Part shown: one piece after another, positions 38,833-49,422 of the stretch
Layout: every line of letters starts with the position of its first letter
How positions within the stretch are numbered: position 1 is the first letter of the stretch
Assembly (NCBI GenBank): GCA_034111325.1
Contig: JAWUXM010000049.1
Span: 1-62,850, forward strand
Length of the DNA stretch: 62,850 bases
DNA from: Rickettsiales bacterium
GTDB lineage: Bacteria; Pseudomonadota; Alphaproteobacteria; Rickettsiales; JABIRX01
Direction of reading: 5' to 3'
Program-made: the position numbers and the translations under genes
The notes under the pieces: generated by a model
Seen by the model: only the letters and a program-made list of their open reading frames with translations
What the model was told of the DNA's origin: nothing
The model's database searches: none

Positions 38833-40480
38833 CTCCTACAGGCTGTGCGCTCATTTCTGGCATTTTAGCATCTATTTTATCTGGCCATTCTTGCAACATT
38901 GCATGCCCATCACCATATGGGTTATTTGGTTCATTAGTTAATTGCAGCCATAACTTGCCGCTACTATGATCCATAAAAACATATAGCCCTTTTTCCTTAT
39001 AATATTGTGGCCTCCCCTCAAATAACCAAGGTTTCAAAGCCATCATCAACTCTGATAATGATGCTCGCACCTCGCTATCTGTTGTGCTCTCATTTGCCTT
39101 GCGCATCGCTTTCTCAGCATTTTCTAAAACATGTTGGAGCTTCGTACCGTAATATTTTTTGATTAAATGATCGCCTAATTGTAATGACGGCATTAACATT
39201 TTCTTATCAAACTTTACCTGCCCAACTAAGCTTTTTTGCAGATATATAGCCCCATCAACTAAATGATTGATCATCGCCATTTGATCATTATCAACTTCCA
39301 ACAATGCTAATGGTGCTTGTATTTTTTGTGTTTTACGAAACGCTTCACGCAAGGAACTCTCTGAATCGATTAAGAATTGGCTACTAACGACAATTTCTTC
39401 ACCTTCATTAATTCCGGCTAAAATTTGCGTCCTACCTTTATTACGGATACCTGTTTTTATTTTACGCGATTGAAACCTTCCTTCGCTCAAAGCAATAACC
39501 ACATAATCACCATCTGAACTACGCAATATTGCTTCGCTTGGAATAGCTAAACGTTTTACTGATATAGTTTCAAAAGTTACATCTGTATAAGACCCCGGAC
39601 GAAAAACCCCATCCGGATTTGCCAATACTAACCTTACTTTTCCTGTGCGACTCGCACTATCAATAGTTGGATAAATATAATCGATATGAGCCCTTTGAGC
39701 ATTATTGGAAATATTAGGAAACCTAACTTCTGCCACCATGTTTTTTTCTAAGAATCTCAAATCCTTTTCTGCAACATTAACATTAATCCACACACTAGAA
39801 TAATCTTGAATCTCAGCAATTTGCATACCAGGTTTTACGTATGTACCATTCTTAATATTTAAAGCACTTATGATGCCACCAACCGTCGAATAAAAAGGTA
39901 AGTTTTGTAATGGTTGCTTTGCCTTACGTATTTGCACGAGTACCTTGTCTTGTACGCCTAAGGAGTTTAAACGCTTAGCTGTTGAGCTAATCCTGCCCTG
40001 CACGCCTGCACTCAAACTGCTAATATAGTCTTGCTGCGCTGAAACCAAATCTGGACTATAAAGCGTAAAAAGCAGATCGTTCTTTTTTACCACATCACCT
40101 ATGGCCGTCACTTGTGTATTTTTTATCCATCCACCAACTCGGCTTGATATTTCTTGGCGCAGACGTATATTCTCAGCCACAACACCATAGCTCCTAACAT
40201 CAGCGCCAAACCTTGTCGCTTCAGCTCTAGCTGTCCGCACCCCAATATTTTGTATTGTCTCTGGTGCAATCGTAATAATTTTCTTATTTTCCATACTGCC
40301 ATTATCATCAATCTCTGGCTGTCCATCTTCCGCAATAGCAACTAAATCCATCCCGCAAATTGGACAACTACCCTGCTTCACTGCAATGTAATGTGGGTGC
40401 ATAGGACAAGTATATTGTTGGCTTGCCCATGCTGTATTACTAAACATCACCAACAACAAAAACAGTGCAATATTTCTCAT
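38813..40480 (-). CDS. cusB: CusB-like periplasmic adaptor with an N-terminal CPMH..CPxCGM metal-binding domain and a long C-terminal extension
   Basis: 555 aa. YTCPMHPHYIAVKQGSCPICGMDLV near the N-terminus, an MFP core, about 170 extra C-terminal residues (possibly DUF3347-like, tentative), and a GGGHAGH end. Confidence 0.8.
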   Translation of the reverse strand: MRNIALFLLLVMFSNTAWASQQYTCPMHPHYIAVKQGSCPICGMDLVAIAEDGQPEIDDNGSMENKKIITIAPETIQNIGVRTARAEATRFGADVRSYGVVAENIRLRQEISSRVGGWIKNTQVTAIGDVVKKNDLLFTLYSPDLVSAQQDYISSLSAGVQGRISSTAKRLNSLGVQDKVLVQIRKAKQPLQNLPFYSTVGGIISALNIKNGTYVKPGMQIAEIQDYSSVWINVNVAEKDLRFLEKNMVAEVRFPNISNNAQRAHIDYIYPTIDSASRTGKVRLVLANPDGVFRPGSYTDVTFETISVKRLAIPSEAILRSSDGDYVVIALSEGRFQSRKIKTGIRNKGRTQILAGINEGEEIVVSSQFLIDSESSLREAFRKTQKIQAPLALLEVDNDQMAMINHLVDGAIYLQKSLVGQVKFDKKMLMPSLQLGDHLIKKYYGTKLQHVLENAEKAMRKANESTTDSEVRASLSELMMALKPWLFEGRPQYYKEKGLYVFMDHSSGKLWLQLTNEPNNPYGDGHAMLQEWPDKIDAKMPEMSAQPVGGGHAGH

Positions 40481-41688
40481 TTATTACCTTCCACAATATA
40501 GCTATTAAATTCTGCAGCTAACATAGCATGTTGGCTCCGCTGCTTAGCCAAAGATGAGGCAATTTTTAACTCATCGATCTGCGCACTAAGTACAGATTCC
40601 AAATTAGAACTCCCTGCTTCATAGTTACGCTTAACTGAAGATACTATAGCTTTAATTGCCTTCATTCGCTCCTCTAAAAGATTAATGTTACTAAATGCAT
40701 AATCTCTTTGTGCAGCTAGTGTTAGCAACTTTCTCCGCCATGCACTTTTCACATCTTCATAAGAATATTCTGCTTGTAGCTTTTTAGCTTTTGCTGCACG
40801 CAATTTAGGTTTTTGATTGGATGAATACCAAAGTGGAATAGAAATAGTTGCCTGTAGTGAGGCCCAATCATCCCCCGCAAAACCATTGCCTGCTTCCCGC
40901 TGTTTATAAAGTGCTTGCACTCCATAATTTGGACCAAAAGCTGCCTTTGCTGCCCTTATATCTTGCTCAACCACGGCAATATCTTCCTTAGCAACTAACA
41001 CCGCATAAATATTCTCAACATTATCATTCCAAAGCGCCTTCCTAATATTAAAAATCTCTATAGATGGAACCTCACCCACCAACCTTATAAGCTCCTCATT
41101 AATTGCCACGCGTTCCGCTTTAAGGTTATTCAAGCTTTGTTCAACCTCCGTACGCTCAACATCAACTTCTGAGAAACGCCAATAGACTGACTTTCCTGCT
41201 TGCAATCGACCTTTGAGGTAATCCTCCAACTCAACATAATATTGCAATTGCTTCTGTGCTAAACTTTCTAACTCTATAACTTTTTTACGTTCAACCAAAG
41301 CTGTTATTAAAAAAGCTTTGAGACGCTTTAGTGAATAATCTGCAATTAACCTTTGCTTAGCTGACAATGCTTTTTGCTTCCCTGCTTTAGCAGCACGTAG
41401 GGCATAACGTGGAATCTCTTGTCTAAAACCGAAGACCTTGGCAGTAGGTAAAAACCGATCAAAAGCAGGGTTATCAACTGGCATATTATCTACTCCTAAA
41501 ATCAACATAGGATCAGGCAAACCCATCTCGCCAGCGGCCGCCTCTTGCAATGAATCTGCCTCCGCTAAGATAGCATTGATTTTTGGATGTTCTAGCAGCC
41601 TATCAACATATTCATCTATCGGGTCAGCATACGCAGAATTGGAGCTTATGATCATGATCGAAATAATGAGGAATAAATACCTAACCAT
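40477..41688 (-). CDS. cusC: TolC-family outer-membrane efflux protein (CusC-like)
   Basis: 403 aa. Signal peptide and two TolC-type repeats. ATGA-type overlap with cusB. Confidence 0.75.
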   Translation of the reverse strand: MVRYLFLIISIMIISSNSAYADPIDEYVDRLLEHPKINAILAEADSLQEAAAGEMGLPDPMLILGVDNMPVDNPAFDRFLPTAKVFGFRQEIPRYALRAAKAGKQKALSAKQRLIADYSLKRLKAFLITALVERKKVIELESLAQKQLQYYVELEDYLKGRLQAGKSVYWRFSEVDVERTEVEQSLNNLKAERVAINEELIRLVGEVPSIEIFNIRKALWNDNVENIYAVLVAKEDIAVVEQDIRAAKAAFGPNYGVQALYKQREAGNGFAGDDWASLQATISIPLWYSSNQKPKLRAAKAKKLQAEYSYEDVKSAWRRKLLTLAAQRDYAFSNINLLEERMKAIKAIVSSVKRNYEAGSSNLESVLSAQIDELKIASSLAKQRSQHAMLAAEFNSYIVEGNK

Positions 41689-41731
41689 AGCTTTAATACA
41701 TACAAATGTTTTATTTGACTAATCACATCTA

Positions 41732-41752
41732 TACATATAGGGGGTATATGTA
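41732..41752. promoter_or_regulatory. Candidate CsoR operator: TACATATA-GGGGG-TATATGTA
   Basis: Perfect 8-bp inverted repeat around a G5 tract in the divergent cusC/csoR intergenic region, 28 nt upstream of csoR. CsoR-family operators are G/C-tract-centred palindromes. Confidence 0.55.
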
Positions 41753-41779
41753 AAGCTAAATAAATTACCCGTTAAATAT

Positions 41780-42076
41780 ATGATAAAAAAGAAACAATGT
41801 TGCGATAAAAAGCATCTTGATCACTCACCTGAAATGCCAAGGTTAAGGAAGATTGAAGGGCAGATAAAAGGCATTCAAAAAATGGTAACAGAACAGCGTT
41901 ATTGCGTGGATATTCTTGACCAGTTAAGTGCCGTAAAAGCAGCAATTAACTCATTACAGGCCAATGTATTAGAGTCACATTTAAATGGCTGCGTGAGAGA
42001 AGCCTTTGCCCTGAAGAAAGAAAAGGACATAAAGGAAAAAATTGATGAATTAAAAAAGATCTTCCGCAAATATTAA
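41780..42076 (+). CDS. csoR: CsoR/RcnR-family metal-sensing repressor (Cu-type C-H-C ligand set)
   Basis: 98 aa. RLRKIEGQIKGIQKMV..RYCVDILDQL..ESHLNGCV places Cys, His and Cys in the CsoR Cu(I) ligand positions. Confidence 0.85.
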   Translation: MIKKKQCCDKKHLDHSPEMPRLRKIEGQIKGIQKMVTEQRYCVDILDQLSAVKAAINSLQANVLESHLNGCVREAFALKKEKDIKEKIDELKKIFRKY

Positions 42077-42110
42077 TTTGAACTGAGGAGAATATACAAC
42101 ATTGTCATAA

Positions 42111-42385
42111 TACCAAGGTTCATCTTTAAATGTGCATTTGCAGTTATGTAAAATTAGATGAAAGAGCGAGTAGAATTGCGAAGGCAATAGCCGAAGCTAT
42201 TGACTAACAATTGTGTGAAGCTATATCGCTAATTTTACTGCTGCCCAAAGGGTTGTGGCAAAAAGATGTGCTTTTTCTCAAAAAACATTTATCAATATCT
42301 ACGGATATTAATTACATATTTTTTAACAAAAATCCCTAGCTTTTATGCCTACAACAAATAGTACATTTAAAGAAGAACCTTGGTA
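42111..42385 (+). mobile_element. MITE copy 2 (275 bp)
   Basis: TACCAAGGTTCATCTTTAAATGTGC ... GTACATTTAAAGAAGAACCTTGGTA. Flanked by TAA at 42108-42110 and 42386-42388. Overlaps the first 14 codons of the copA ORF. Confidence 0.85.
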
Positions 42386-44543
42386 TAATACCAAAAACCA
42401 AGATCTTATTGCCCCTCATCAGCCAGAAGGCACAGTCTACACCTGCCCTATGCACTCCGAAATCGAGCAGATTGGCCCAGGGAGCTGCCCAAAATGTGGC
42501 ATGGCGTTAGAGCCAAAAGGCGGCGTTGTTGATGAGGACAAAAGCGAGCTAATTGATATGACAAAGCGGTTTTGGGTATGCGCTGCTCTTTCCATACCTG
42601 TGCTATTATTAGTAATGCTCGATCATTTGCCGAGCAAACCATTAGCCGCCTTTATTAGCTCGCACACTGCGCTATGGGTTGAGTTTATACTAAGTACGCC
42701 TGTTATGTTTTGGGGTGCTGCACCATTCTTTAAAAAAGCATGGGCATCGATTATTAACCGCCACCTCAATATGTTTACCCTAATTGCCCTTGGCACAGGG
42801 GTTGCTTATATTTACAGCATCATTGCCGCTTTTTTTCCTAATGTTTTCCCTGCTGAAATGCATATGGAAAACGGTATGGTTGACGTATATTTTGAAGCCG
42901 CTGCTATGATTGTTACGTTAGTTATCCTTGGGCAAGTTATGGAGCTTCGTGCCAGATCCCAAACTAACAGTGCTATTCGAGCTTTGCTTGATCTTCCTCC
43001 TAAAACTGCGCGCATAATTCGCGATGATGGTAGTGAGGAAGATATTGAGCTCAACCAAGTGCAACTCGGTGATAAATTACGCGTTCGCCCTGGTGAATCT
43101 ATTCCTGTTGACGGCATAATCATTGAAGGCTCAAGCACTATTGATGAATCAATGATTACTGGCGAATCCATGCCCGTCACCAAAAAATCTGGCGATAATG
43201 TTACAGGTGCAACGCTAAACCAAACTGGCGGTTTTGTGATGGAGGCTAAAAGAATTGGCTCTGAAACAGTGCTTTCACAGATAGTTCATATGGTGGCAGA
43301 AGCGCAACGCTCACGCGCACCAATTCAAAAAATGGCGGATATTGTCGCTGGTTATTTTGTGCCTATCGTCGTTTCAATCTCTGTTATTACCGCAATTATC
43401 TGGAGCGTTTTTGGCCCTGAGCCTGCGCTGTCCTTTGCGGTGATTAATGCTGTAGCGGTGTTAATTATAGCCTGCCCTTGCGCCGTTGGCTTAGCCACGC
43501 CAATGTCAATTATGATCGGTACTGGTCGTGGAGCGCAAGCAGGAATCCTTATCAAAAATGCCGAAAGTCTTGAATTAATAGAAAAGATCAATGTGTTAGT
43601 AATTGATAAAACTGGAACTCTAACTGAAGGCAAGCCGAAACTCGTCTCTATTATTGCCCAAAACGGTTACAAAGAAACGGAAATTTTACAACTTGCGGCA
43701 ACGTTAGAAAAAGGCAGTGAGCATCCGCTAGCAACAGCTATCGTCAAAGGTGCGGAAGCTAAAGGTCTCAAACTTACCACTGCTCAAAATTTTAAATCAT
43801 ATACAGGCAAAGGTGTTTCTGGCACTGTTAGCAGCAAGGAAGTTGCACTTGGTAATGATAAATTACTCGCCCATTTAAATGTTGAAGAAACAGATTTAGT
43901 TAAGCAGGCAGATGAGCTACGTAGCAAAGGCGAAACTGTAATGATGGTTGCCATTGATGGCAAGTTAGCAGGCCTAATCGGCGTTGCCGATCCTATCAAG
44001 CCAACCACAAAACAGGCGCTGCATGATTTGCGCAAAAGTGGTATTCGTATTGTTATGCTTACGGGCGACAATGAGAAAACTGCAAAAGCTGTTGCTGGTC
44101 AATTAGAAATCGACGAAATTGAAGCAGGCGTTCTACCAGGTCGCAAAAGTGAAATAGTCAAACACCTGCAAGCTGAAGGTTTTATCGTTGCTATGGCGGG
44201 TGATGGCGTCAATGATGCTCCCGCCCTAGCTCAGGCTGATGTCGGGATTGCTATGGGAACTGGTGCTGATATCGCTATGAAAAGTGCGAAAATAACTTTG
44301 ATAAAGGGTGATTTAACGGGCATTGTTAAAGCAAGAAAACTTAGCCAAGCCACTATGCGTAATATTCGTCAAAACCTGTTTTTTGCTTTTATCTATAATG
44401 CAATAGGCATACCAATTGCCGCTGGCATTTTATATCCTTTTTTTGGTATGTTGCTCAACCCAATAATTGCTAGCGCCGCTATGATATGCAGTTCATTATC
44501 GGTAATATTGAACGCTTCAAGATTGAAAAAAGTGAAGTTATGA
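42345..44543 (+). CDS. copA: Copper-exporting P1B-type ATPase CopA
   Basis: 732 aa. N-terminal [24 protein letters not shown] domain, a CPC motif in the TM helix ([12 protein letters not shown]), DKTGTLT, and GDGVNDAP. Confidence 0.95.
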   Translation: MPTTNSTFKEEPWYNTKNQDLIAPHQPEGTVYTCPMHSEIEQIGPGSCPKCGMALEPKGGVVDEDKSELIDMTKRFWVCAALSIPVLLLVMLDHLPSKPLAAFISSHTALWVEFILSTPVMFWGAAPFFKKAWASIINRHLNMFTLIALGTGVAYIYSIIAAFFPNVFPAEMHMENGMVDVYFEAAAMIVTLVILGQVMELRARSQTNSAIRALLDLPPKTARIIRDDGSEEDIELNQVQLGDKLRVRPGESIPVDGIIIEGSSTIDESMITGESMPVTKKSGDNVTGATLNQTGGFVMEAKRIGSETVLSQIVHMVAEAQRSRAPIQKMADIVAGYFVPIVVSISVITAIIWSVFGPEPALSFAVINAVAVLIIACPCAVGLATPMSIMIGTGRGAQAGILIKNAESLELIEKINVLVIDKTGTLTEGKPKLVSIIAQNGYKETEILQLAATLEKGSEHPLATAIVKGAEAKGLKLTTAQNFKSYTGKGVSGTVSSKEVALGNDKLLAHLNVEETDLVKQADELRSKGETVMMVAIDGKLAGLIGVADPIKPTTKQALHDLRKSGIRIVMLTGDNEKTAKAVAGQLEIDEIEAGVLPGRKSEIVKHLQAEGFIVAMAGDGVNDAPALAQADVGIAMGTGADIAMKSAKITLIKGDLTGIVKARKLSQATMRNIRQNLFFAFIYNAIGIPIAAGILYPFFGMLLNPIIASAAMICSSLSVILNASRLKKVKL

Positions 44544-45643
44544 AAATATTAGTTATTAATGCTGGCAGCTCTTCTATTAAATTTTCAGTGTTTGATATCG
44601 AAAATAATTGCCAGATTTTTGAATCACAAACAGAGCAAATTTATAATCTTAAAGCAGCAATAGAAAATATATCCGATATTTTAAAATCTAATAATTTGGA
44701 TAAGTTTAATGCCATTGGTCACCGAGTAGTTCATGGCGGCAAGAACTTTTACAATCCACAACTCATCAATAATAAAACTATTACTGAGTTAAAAGCGCTC
44801 ATATCTTTGGCTCCATTACATCAATCATGTAATATTGAAGCCATGGAAATTTTAGCTGAGTTATATCCTAACGTACCACAAGTAGCTTGCTTTGATACCG
44901 CCTTCCATCAGACCATGGCAAGAGAGGAAAAAACTTTTGCTATACCACGTAATCTTACAGCAGAAGGAATAATACGCTATGGGTTTCACGGATTATCTTA
45001 CCAATATATTGCCTCAATATTACCGAAATACGCTGCTAAAAAGGCGGGTGGAAAAGTAATAGTGGCGCATCTTGGCAATGGCGCCAGCATGTGTGCTATG
45101 AGAGATTCAAAAAGTGTCGCCACCACGATGGGGTTTAGTCCGCTTGCAGGTCTTATGATGGGAACGCGTTGTGGTGATATCGACCCAGCTGTGGTTTTAT
45201 ATCTTATGCAGAAAAAAAACATGTCGGTTGAGGAAGTCACCAAACTTCTTTATGAGAAATCAGGATTGAAAGGTGTTTCAGAAATAGGCTCTGATATGAG
45301 AGCATTACTGGCAAGCGATTCTACTAAAGCGCTTGATGCTATTGCCTTGTTTTGTCATATAGCCGCCAAACACTTATGCAGTTTACTTCCTGCAATTGAT
45401 GGTTTGGATATATTGGTTTTTACCGCTGGAATTGGAGAAAATTGTGCAATAATAAGAAAAAATATCTGTGCTAAATTATCTTGGCTTGGAGTCGAAATTA
45501 ATGTTGATGCTAACAATGCTAATCAAGCGATTATCAGCACCAATAAAAGCAAAATAGCAGTTTATGTAATTCCTACTGATGAAGCAAAAATTATTGCTCA
45601 AAAAACCTATCAAAAATTAGAGGCAAAAAATGCAAAGAAATAA
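44540..45643 (+). CDS. ackA: Acetate kinase
   Basis: Start at [18 protein letters not shown], in an ATGA overlap with the copA stop. GHRVVHGG motif present. The 44486 extension in the ORF track lies inside copA. Confidence 0.9.
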   Translation: MKILVINAGSSSIKFSVFDIENNCQIFESQTEQIYNLKAAIENISDILKSNNLDKFNAIGHRVVHGGKNFYNPQLINNKTITELKALISLAPLHQSCNIEAMEILAELYPNVPQVACFDTAFHQTMAREEKTFAIPRNLTAEGIIRYGFHGLSYQYIASILPKYAAKKAGGKVIVAHLGNGASMCAMRDSKSVATTMGFSPLAGLMMGTRCGDIDPAVVLYLMQKKNMSVEEVTKLLYEKSGLKGVSEIGSDMRALLASDSTKALDAIALFCHIAAKHLCSLLPAIDGLDILVFTAGIGENCAIIRKNICAKLSWLGVEINVDANNANQAIISTNKSKIAVYVIPTDEAKIIAQKTYQKLEAKNAKK

Positions 45644-48020
45644 TCTCAAATCAGTTTGGAAAAAAGGTTACGGCGTCATCAAACATAATAAAAAAACACA
45701 AGCACGCATTGAAAAAATAATCTCTTATCTTTCCCAAAACCAAAATACCGACAATGATAATTTTTATGAATTACTGATTGCCGCTGATCGCTTAACTAAT
45801 GCTGCAATGTGGCTTACTGCACACCAAGCTTACGCCAAAAATATTTATCTTGATGGCAGAAAATTGAAAAGTGGTGACTTTAAGACAGATCCACAAGGAC
45901 ATCTCGGTGGCTCGCTAAATATGGTTCCAGCCTATATTGGCTATATGCTAGCAAATGCTTTAACAAATTTCACTAGAGGTTGGGTAATGGGGCAAGGACA
46001 TTGTGTTGCCGCAATAGACAGTGCCAATCTTCTTTTGAATAACATGAATAAATCGCATGCTGAGCGCTACAATATAAGTAACGAAGGATTAACACGTTTT
46101 GCTCGTGATTTCTATTCTTACAAATTAAATACTAAAGGAAAGCAAGATTCTCCACTTGGCAGCCATGTTAACCCCCATACGGCTGGAGGTCATATGGAAG
46201 GAGGCTATCTAGGATTTGCCTCATTGCAATATGCTCACATGCCTTTAGTCGGAGAAAAATTAGTGGCCTTTCTAAGTGATGGCGCTTTCGAAGAACAACG
46301 CGGTGCAGACTGGACTCCAAGATGGTGGCGAGCTGAAGATTCAGGAGTAATTGCACCCATTATGATCGCAAACGGCAGACGCATTGACCAAAGAACCACT
46401 ATGGATCAAGAAGGCGGGGTTAAATTTTTCGAAAAACATCTGAAGTTATATGGCTTTGATCCAATTGTTTTTGATGGTCGTGACCCTGCTGCTTTTGCTT
46501 GGTCAATAATTGAACAAGAAAGAAGGTTAGAAAAGGCCTCTTCTAATTTAAAATCAGTAAAGAATTATAAAATTGCTATTCCTTACGGAATTGCCGTGGC
46601 TCCTAAAGGCGCAGGATTTTATAATGCAGGAACAAACCACGCCCATAACTTACCATTAGTTGATAATCCAAGTCGCAATGATGTCGCTGCCAAACGCTTT
46701 AATATTCATGCGCAAAAATTATTTGTACCACTTGCTGATTTAATGCAGGCAATTAATAAGTTTCAAAATCATCAATATTCTGGTCGAGTTTTTGAACGCG
46801 ATAATCCAATTGCTAATCGTGACATTAACCTCAAAAGAATTCCTAAATTTATTTTTAAAAAAACTACCGAGAAAAATGTCAGCCCAATGGATGCCATTGA
46901 TGAAGGTTTTTTATCGATTGTAAAAGCTAACCCCCATTTACGACCACGAGTTGGCAATCCTGATGAAATGCTTTCAAATCGTATGAATGATACCTTAGAA
47001 GCGTTAGAGTTTAGAGTAGTAAATGCAGAAAAAGAAATTGAAGAATCTACTCTTGGTAATGTTATTACTGCCCTTAATGAAGAAGCAATTGCTGCCGCCG
47101 CTTTTGGCAACAAAGGTGGCATTAATTTAATTGTAACTTATGAAGCATTTGGCGCAAAAATGTTTGGCAGTGCTAGACAAGAAGTAACTTTCTCTAAGCA
47201 TAAAAAAGAGGTTGGCAAACCAGCAAAATGGTTGTCGGTGCCAATTGTTCTTACCTCTAACAGTTGGGAAAATAGTAAAAATGAACTATCTCACCAAGAT
47301 CCTTCAATGGCAGAATCAATGCTATCTGAAACTTCAGATGTTTCTCGCGTAATTTTTCCTGCAGATTTCAATAGCGCATTAGAAGCCATCAAACAGCTTT
47401 ATCAAACACAAGGGCAGATTTGGAGTATAGTGATTCCTAAAAGCGTGACTCCTTTATTTTTTGATCAAAGCAGCTCAGAAAAGCTATTACAAGATGGAGC
47501 AATAAGAGTGAAGCAAGCCGAATATGACGCTAAAAATGCCAAGATTGTTCTTATCGCTATCGGTGCCTATCAGTTGATTGAAATCATTAAAGCTTCGGCA
47601 CGACTTAAAGCAAAAAGCATTGCGCATATTACTTCCTACATTATAGAACCAGGCAAATTTCGCACGGCTAGAAACAATGGTGAACAGGCTCACCTTGCCA
47701 ATAAGAATATTCTTAATAATATTGTGCCGAGCAACATAAAAGACATTATTATAAGTAGCCATACCAGACCAGAAGTGATGCTTGGTACATTACAACCTCT
47801 TTGGCAAGATCGAAATGTAAAGGCTTTAGGTTTTATTAATTGCGGCGGAACATTGGGTGTGGATGATATGCTTTTTGTTAACAAAGCTAGCTGGGCTCAT
47901 ATATTGCAACAAGCAAAAACAATGCTTGCTCTTGATAAAAAACTGCTTACAAAAAAGGAACGCGACGCCTTAAAAGGAAAAATCTCGCCTGATGGCATTA
48001 TTACTAAATTAAGCAAATAG
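45630..48020 (+). CDS. xfp: Phosphoketolase (Xfp family, divergent)
   Basis: 796 aa. XFP-like blocks (DPQGHLGG.., MEGGYLGF, LSHQDPS.., VIFPADFNS). Overlaps ackA by 14 nt. Confidence 0.8.
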   Translation: MQRNNLKSVWKKGYGVIKHNKKTQARIEKIISYLSQNQNTDNDNFYELLIAADRLTNAAMWLTAHQAYAKNIYLDGRKLKSGDFKTDPQGHLGGSLNMVPAYIGYMLANALTNFTRGWVMGQGHCVAAIDSANLLLNNMNKSHAERYNISNEGLTRFARDFYSYKLNTKGKQDSPLGSHVNPHTAGGHMEGGYLGFASLQYAHMPLVGEKLVAFLSDGAFEEQRGADWTPRWWRAEDSGVIAPIMIANGRRIDQRTTMDQEGGVKFFEKHLKLYGFDPIVFDGRDPAAFAWSIIEQERRLEKASSNLKSVKNYKIAIPYGIAVAPKGAGFYNAGTNHAHNLPLVDNPSRNDVAAKRFNIHAQKLFVPLADLMQAINKFQNHQYSGRVFERDNPIANRDINLKRIPKFIFKKTTEKNVSPMDAIDEGFLSIVKANPHLRPRVGNPDEMLSNRMNDTLEALEFRVVNAEKEIEESTLGNVITALNEEAIAAAAFGNKGGINLIVTYEAFGAKMFGSARQEVTFSKHKKEVGKPAKWLSVPIVLTSNSWENSKNELSHQDPSMAESMLSETSDVSRVIFPADFNSALEAIKQLYQTQGQIWSIVIPKSVTPLFFDQSSSEKLLQDGAIRVKQAEYDAKNAKIVLIAIGAYQLIEIIKASARLKAKSIAHITSYIIEPGKFRTARNNGEQAHLANKNILNNIVPSNIKDIIISSHTRPEVMLGTLQPLWQDRNVKALGFINCGGTLGVDDMLFVNKASWAHILQQAKTMLALDKKLLTKKERDALKGKISPDGIITKLSK

Positions 48021-48027
48021 GTATCAT

Positions 48028-49386
48028 ATGAAAATAACATTTTTAGGTGCAACGGAAACAGTCACAGGGTCAAAATATCTTGTAGAACATGAGGGTAAAA
48101 AAATCCTCATTGATTGCGGCTTGTTTCAGGGCTATAAGGAATTACGTTTGCGCAACTGGGCGAAGTTCCCAATTGACCCAGCAAGCATTGATGCTGTCAT
48201 ATTAACCCACGCTCATATTGACCATAGTGGCTATTTGCCCCTGCTTGTTAATAATGGTTTTGCAGGCAAAATATATTGCTCTTCTGCCACTTATGACCTC
48301 TGCTCAATACTCCTCCCAGATAGTGGCTATCTCCACGAAGAAGATGCTAGAAGAGCCAATAGATATAAATATACAAAACATCACCCAGCCTTACCACTTT
48401 ATACAAGAATAGATGCAATAAATTCTTTGGACTTATTCAAAATAGTGGATTTTGAAAAAAATATTGACCTTGGCGACGGGCTCTCTTTCACTTTACAAAA
48501 GTCAGGTCATATCCTTGGCTCAGCTTTCGTTATTTTATCTAATCAACATAAAACCATTACTTTCTCTGGTGATCTTGGTCGCCCTATTGACCCATTATTA
48601 AACCCACCAGTAACGCTCGAACAAACAGATTATTTATTAATTGAATCAACCTATGGCAATAGGTTACATGAGGAAACCGACCCACTTCTTAAAATCGGCA
48701 CAATAATTAGAGAAACAGCGGCTAATGGAGGCACAATAATAATTCCTGCTTTTGCAGTAGGACGCACGCAAACCATGCTTTATTATATTTACCAATTAAA
48801 GCAATCAGGAGAAATTCCCAACATACCAGTATTTCTTGATAGCCCAATGGCAATTAACGTTTCAAACCTGCTATGTAAATATCATGCAGATCTCAAATTA
48901 TCAGAAAATTTATGCGGAGATGTTTGTGATGTAGCAACCTATACTCGAACCGTTGAACAATCTAAAGCCATTAATTCCTCCACTATGCCTAAAATCATCA
49001 TTTCTGCCAGCGGCATGGCAACAGGTGGTAGAGTTTTACACCATTTAAAAAACTATATGGGTGATCGCCGCAACACAATTCTCTTTACTGGCTTTCAAGC
49101 AGGCGGAACCAGAGGAGATAGAATGCTCAAAGGTGAAGCAGAAATTAAAATCCATGGCTCTATGCGACCTTTAAAAGCACGAGTTGAGCTTCTCAGAAAC
49201 ACCTCTGCCCACGCTGATTATGAAGAAATATTAGCCTGGTTGAGTAATTTTAAACAAGCTCCCAAGAAAGTATTTATTACCCATGGCGAACCAGAAGCGG
49301 CAAAAGCTTTACAAGAAAAAATTGAGAAAAAATTTGGCTGGAATGTTACTATTCCGCAATATTTACAGAGTGAAGATTTACAATAA
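48028..49386 (+). CDS. MBL-fold beta-CASP hydrolase (RNA-metabolising metallo-beta-lactamase family)
   Basis: 452 aa. HAHIDHSGYLP (HxHxDH), a beta-CASP-sized insertion, and a C-terminal ..SAHAD.. motif. Lies 7 nt after xfp. Confidence 0.8.
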   Translation: MKITFLGATETVTGSKYLVEHEGKKILIDCGLFQGYKELRLRNWAKFPIDPASIDAVILTHAHIDHSGYLPLLVNNGFAGKIYCSSATYDLCSILLPDSGYLHEEDARRANRYKYTKHHPALPLYTRIDAINSLDLFKIVDFEKNIDLGDGLSFTLQKSGHILGSAFVILSNQHKTITFSGDLGRPIDPLLNPPVTLEQTDYLLIESTYGNRLHEETDPLLKIGTIIRETAANGGTIIIPAFAVGRTQTMLYYIYQLKQSGEIPNIPVFLDSPMAINVSNLLCKYHADLKLSENLCGDVCDVATYTRTVEQSKAINSSTMPKIIISASGMATGGRVLHHLKNYMGDRRNTILFTGFQAGGTRGDRMLKGEAEIKIHGSMRPLKARVELLRNTSAHADYEEILAWLSNFKQAPKKVFITHGEPEAAKALQEKIEKKFGWNVTIPQYLQSEDLQ

Positions 49387-49393
49387 AAGAATC

Positions 49394-49422
49394 AGCTCTT
49401 CATAAAAAACTATGAAGCAGCT
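49394..49422. terminator. Hairpin between convergent genes (possible bidirectional terminator)
   Basis: AGCTCTTCATA-aaaaac-TATGAAGcAGCT. T-rich on both flanks. Its right arm overlaps the last codons of the hydrolase gene. Confidence 0.4.
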
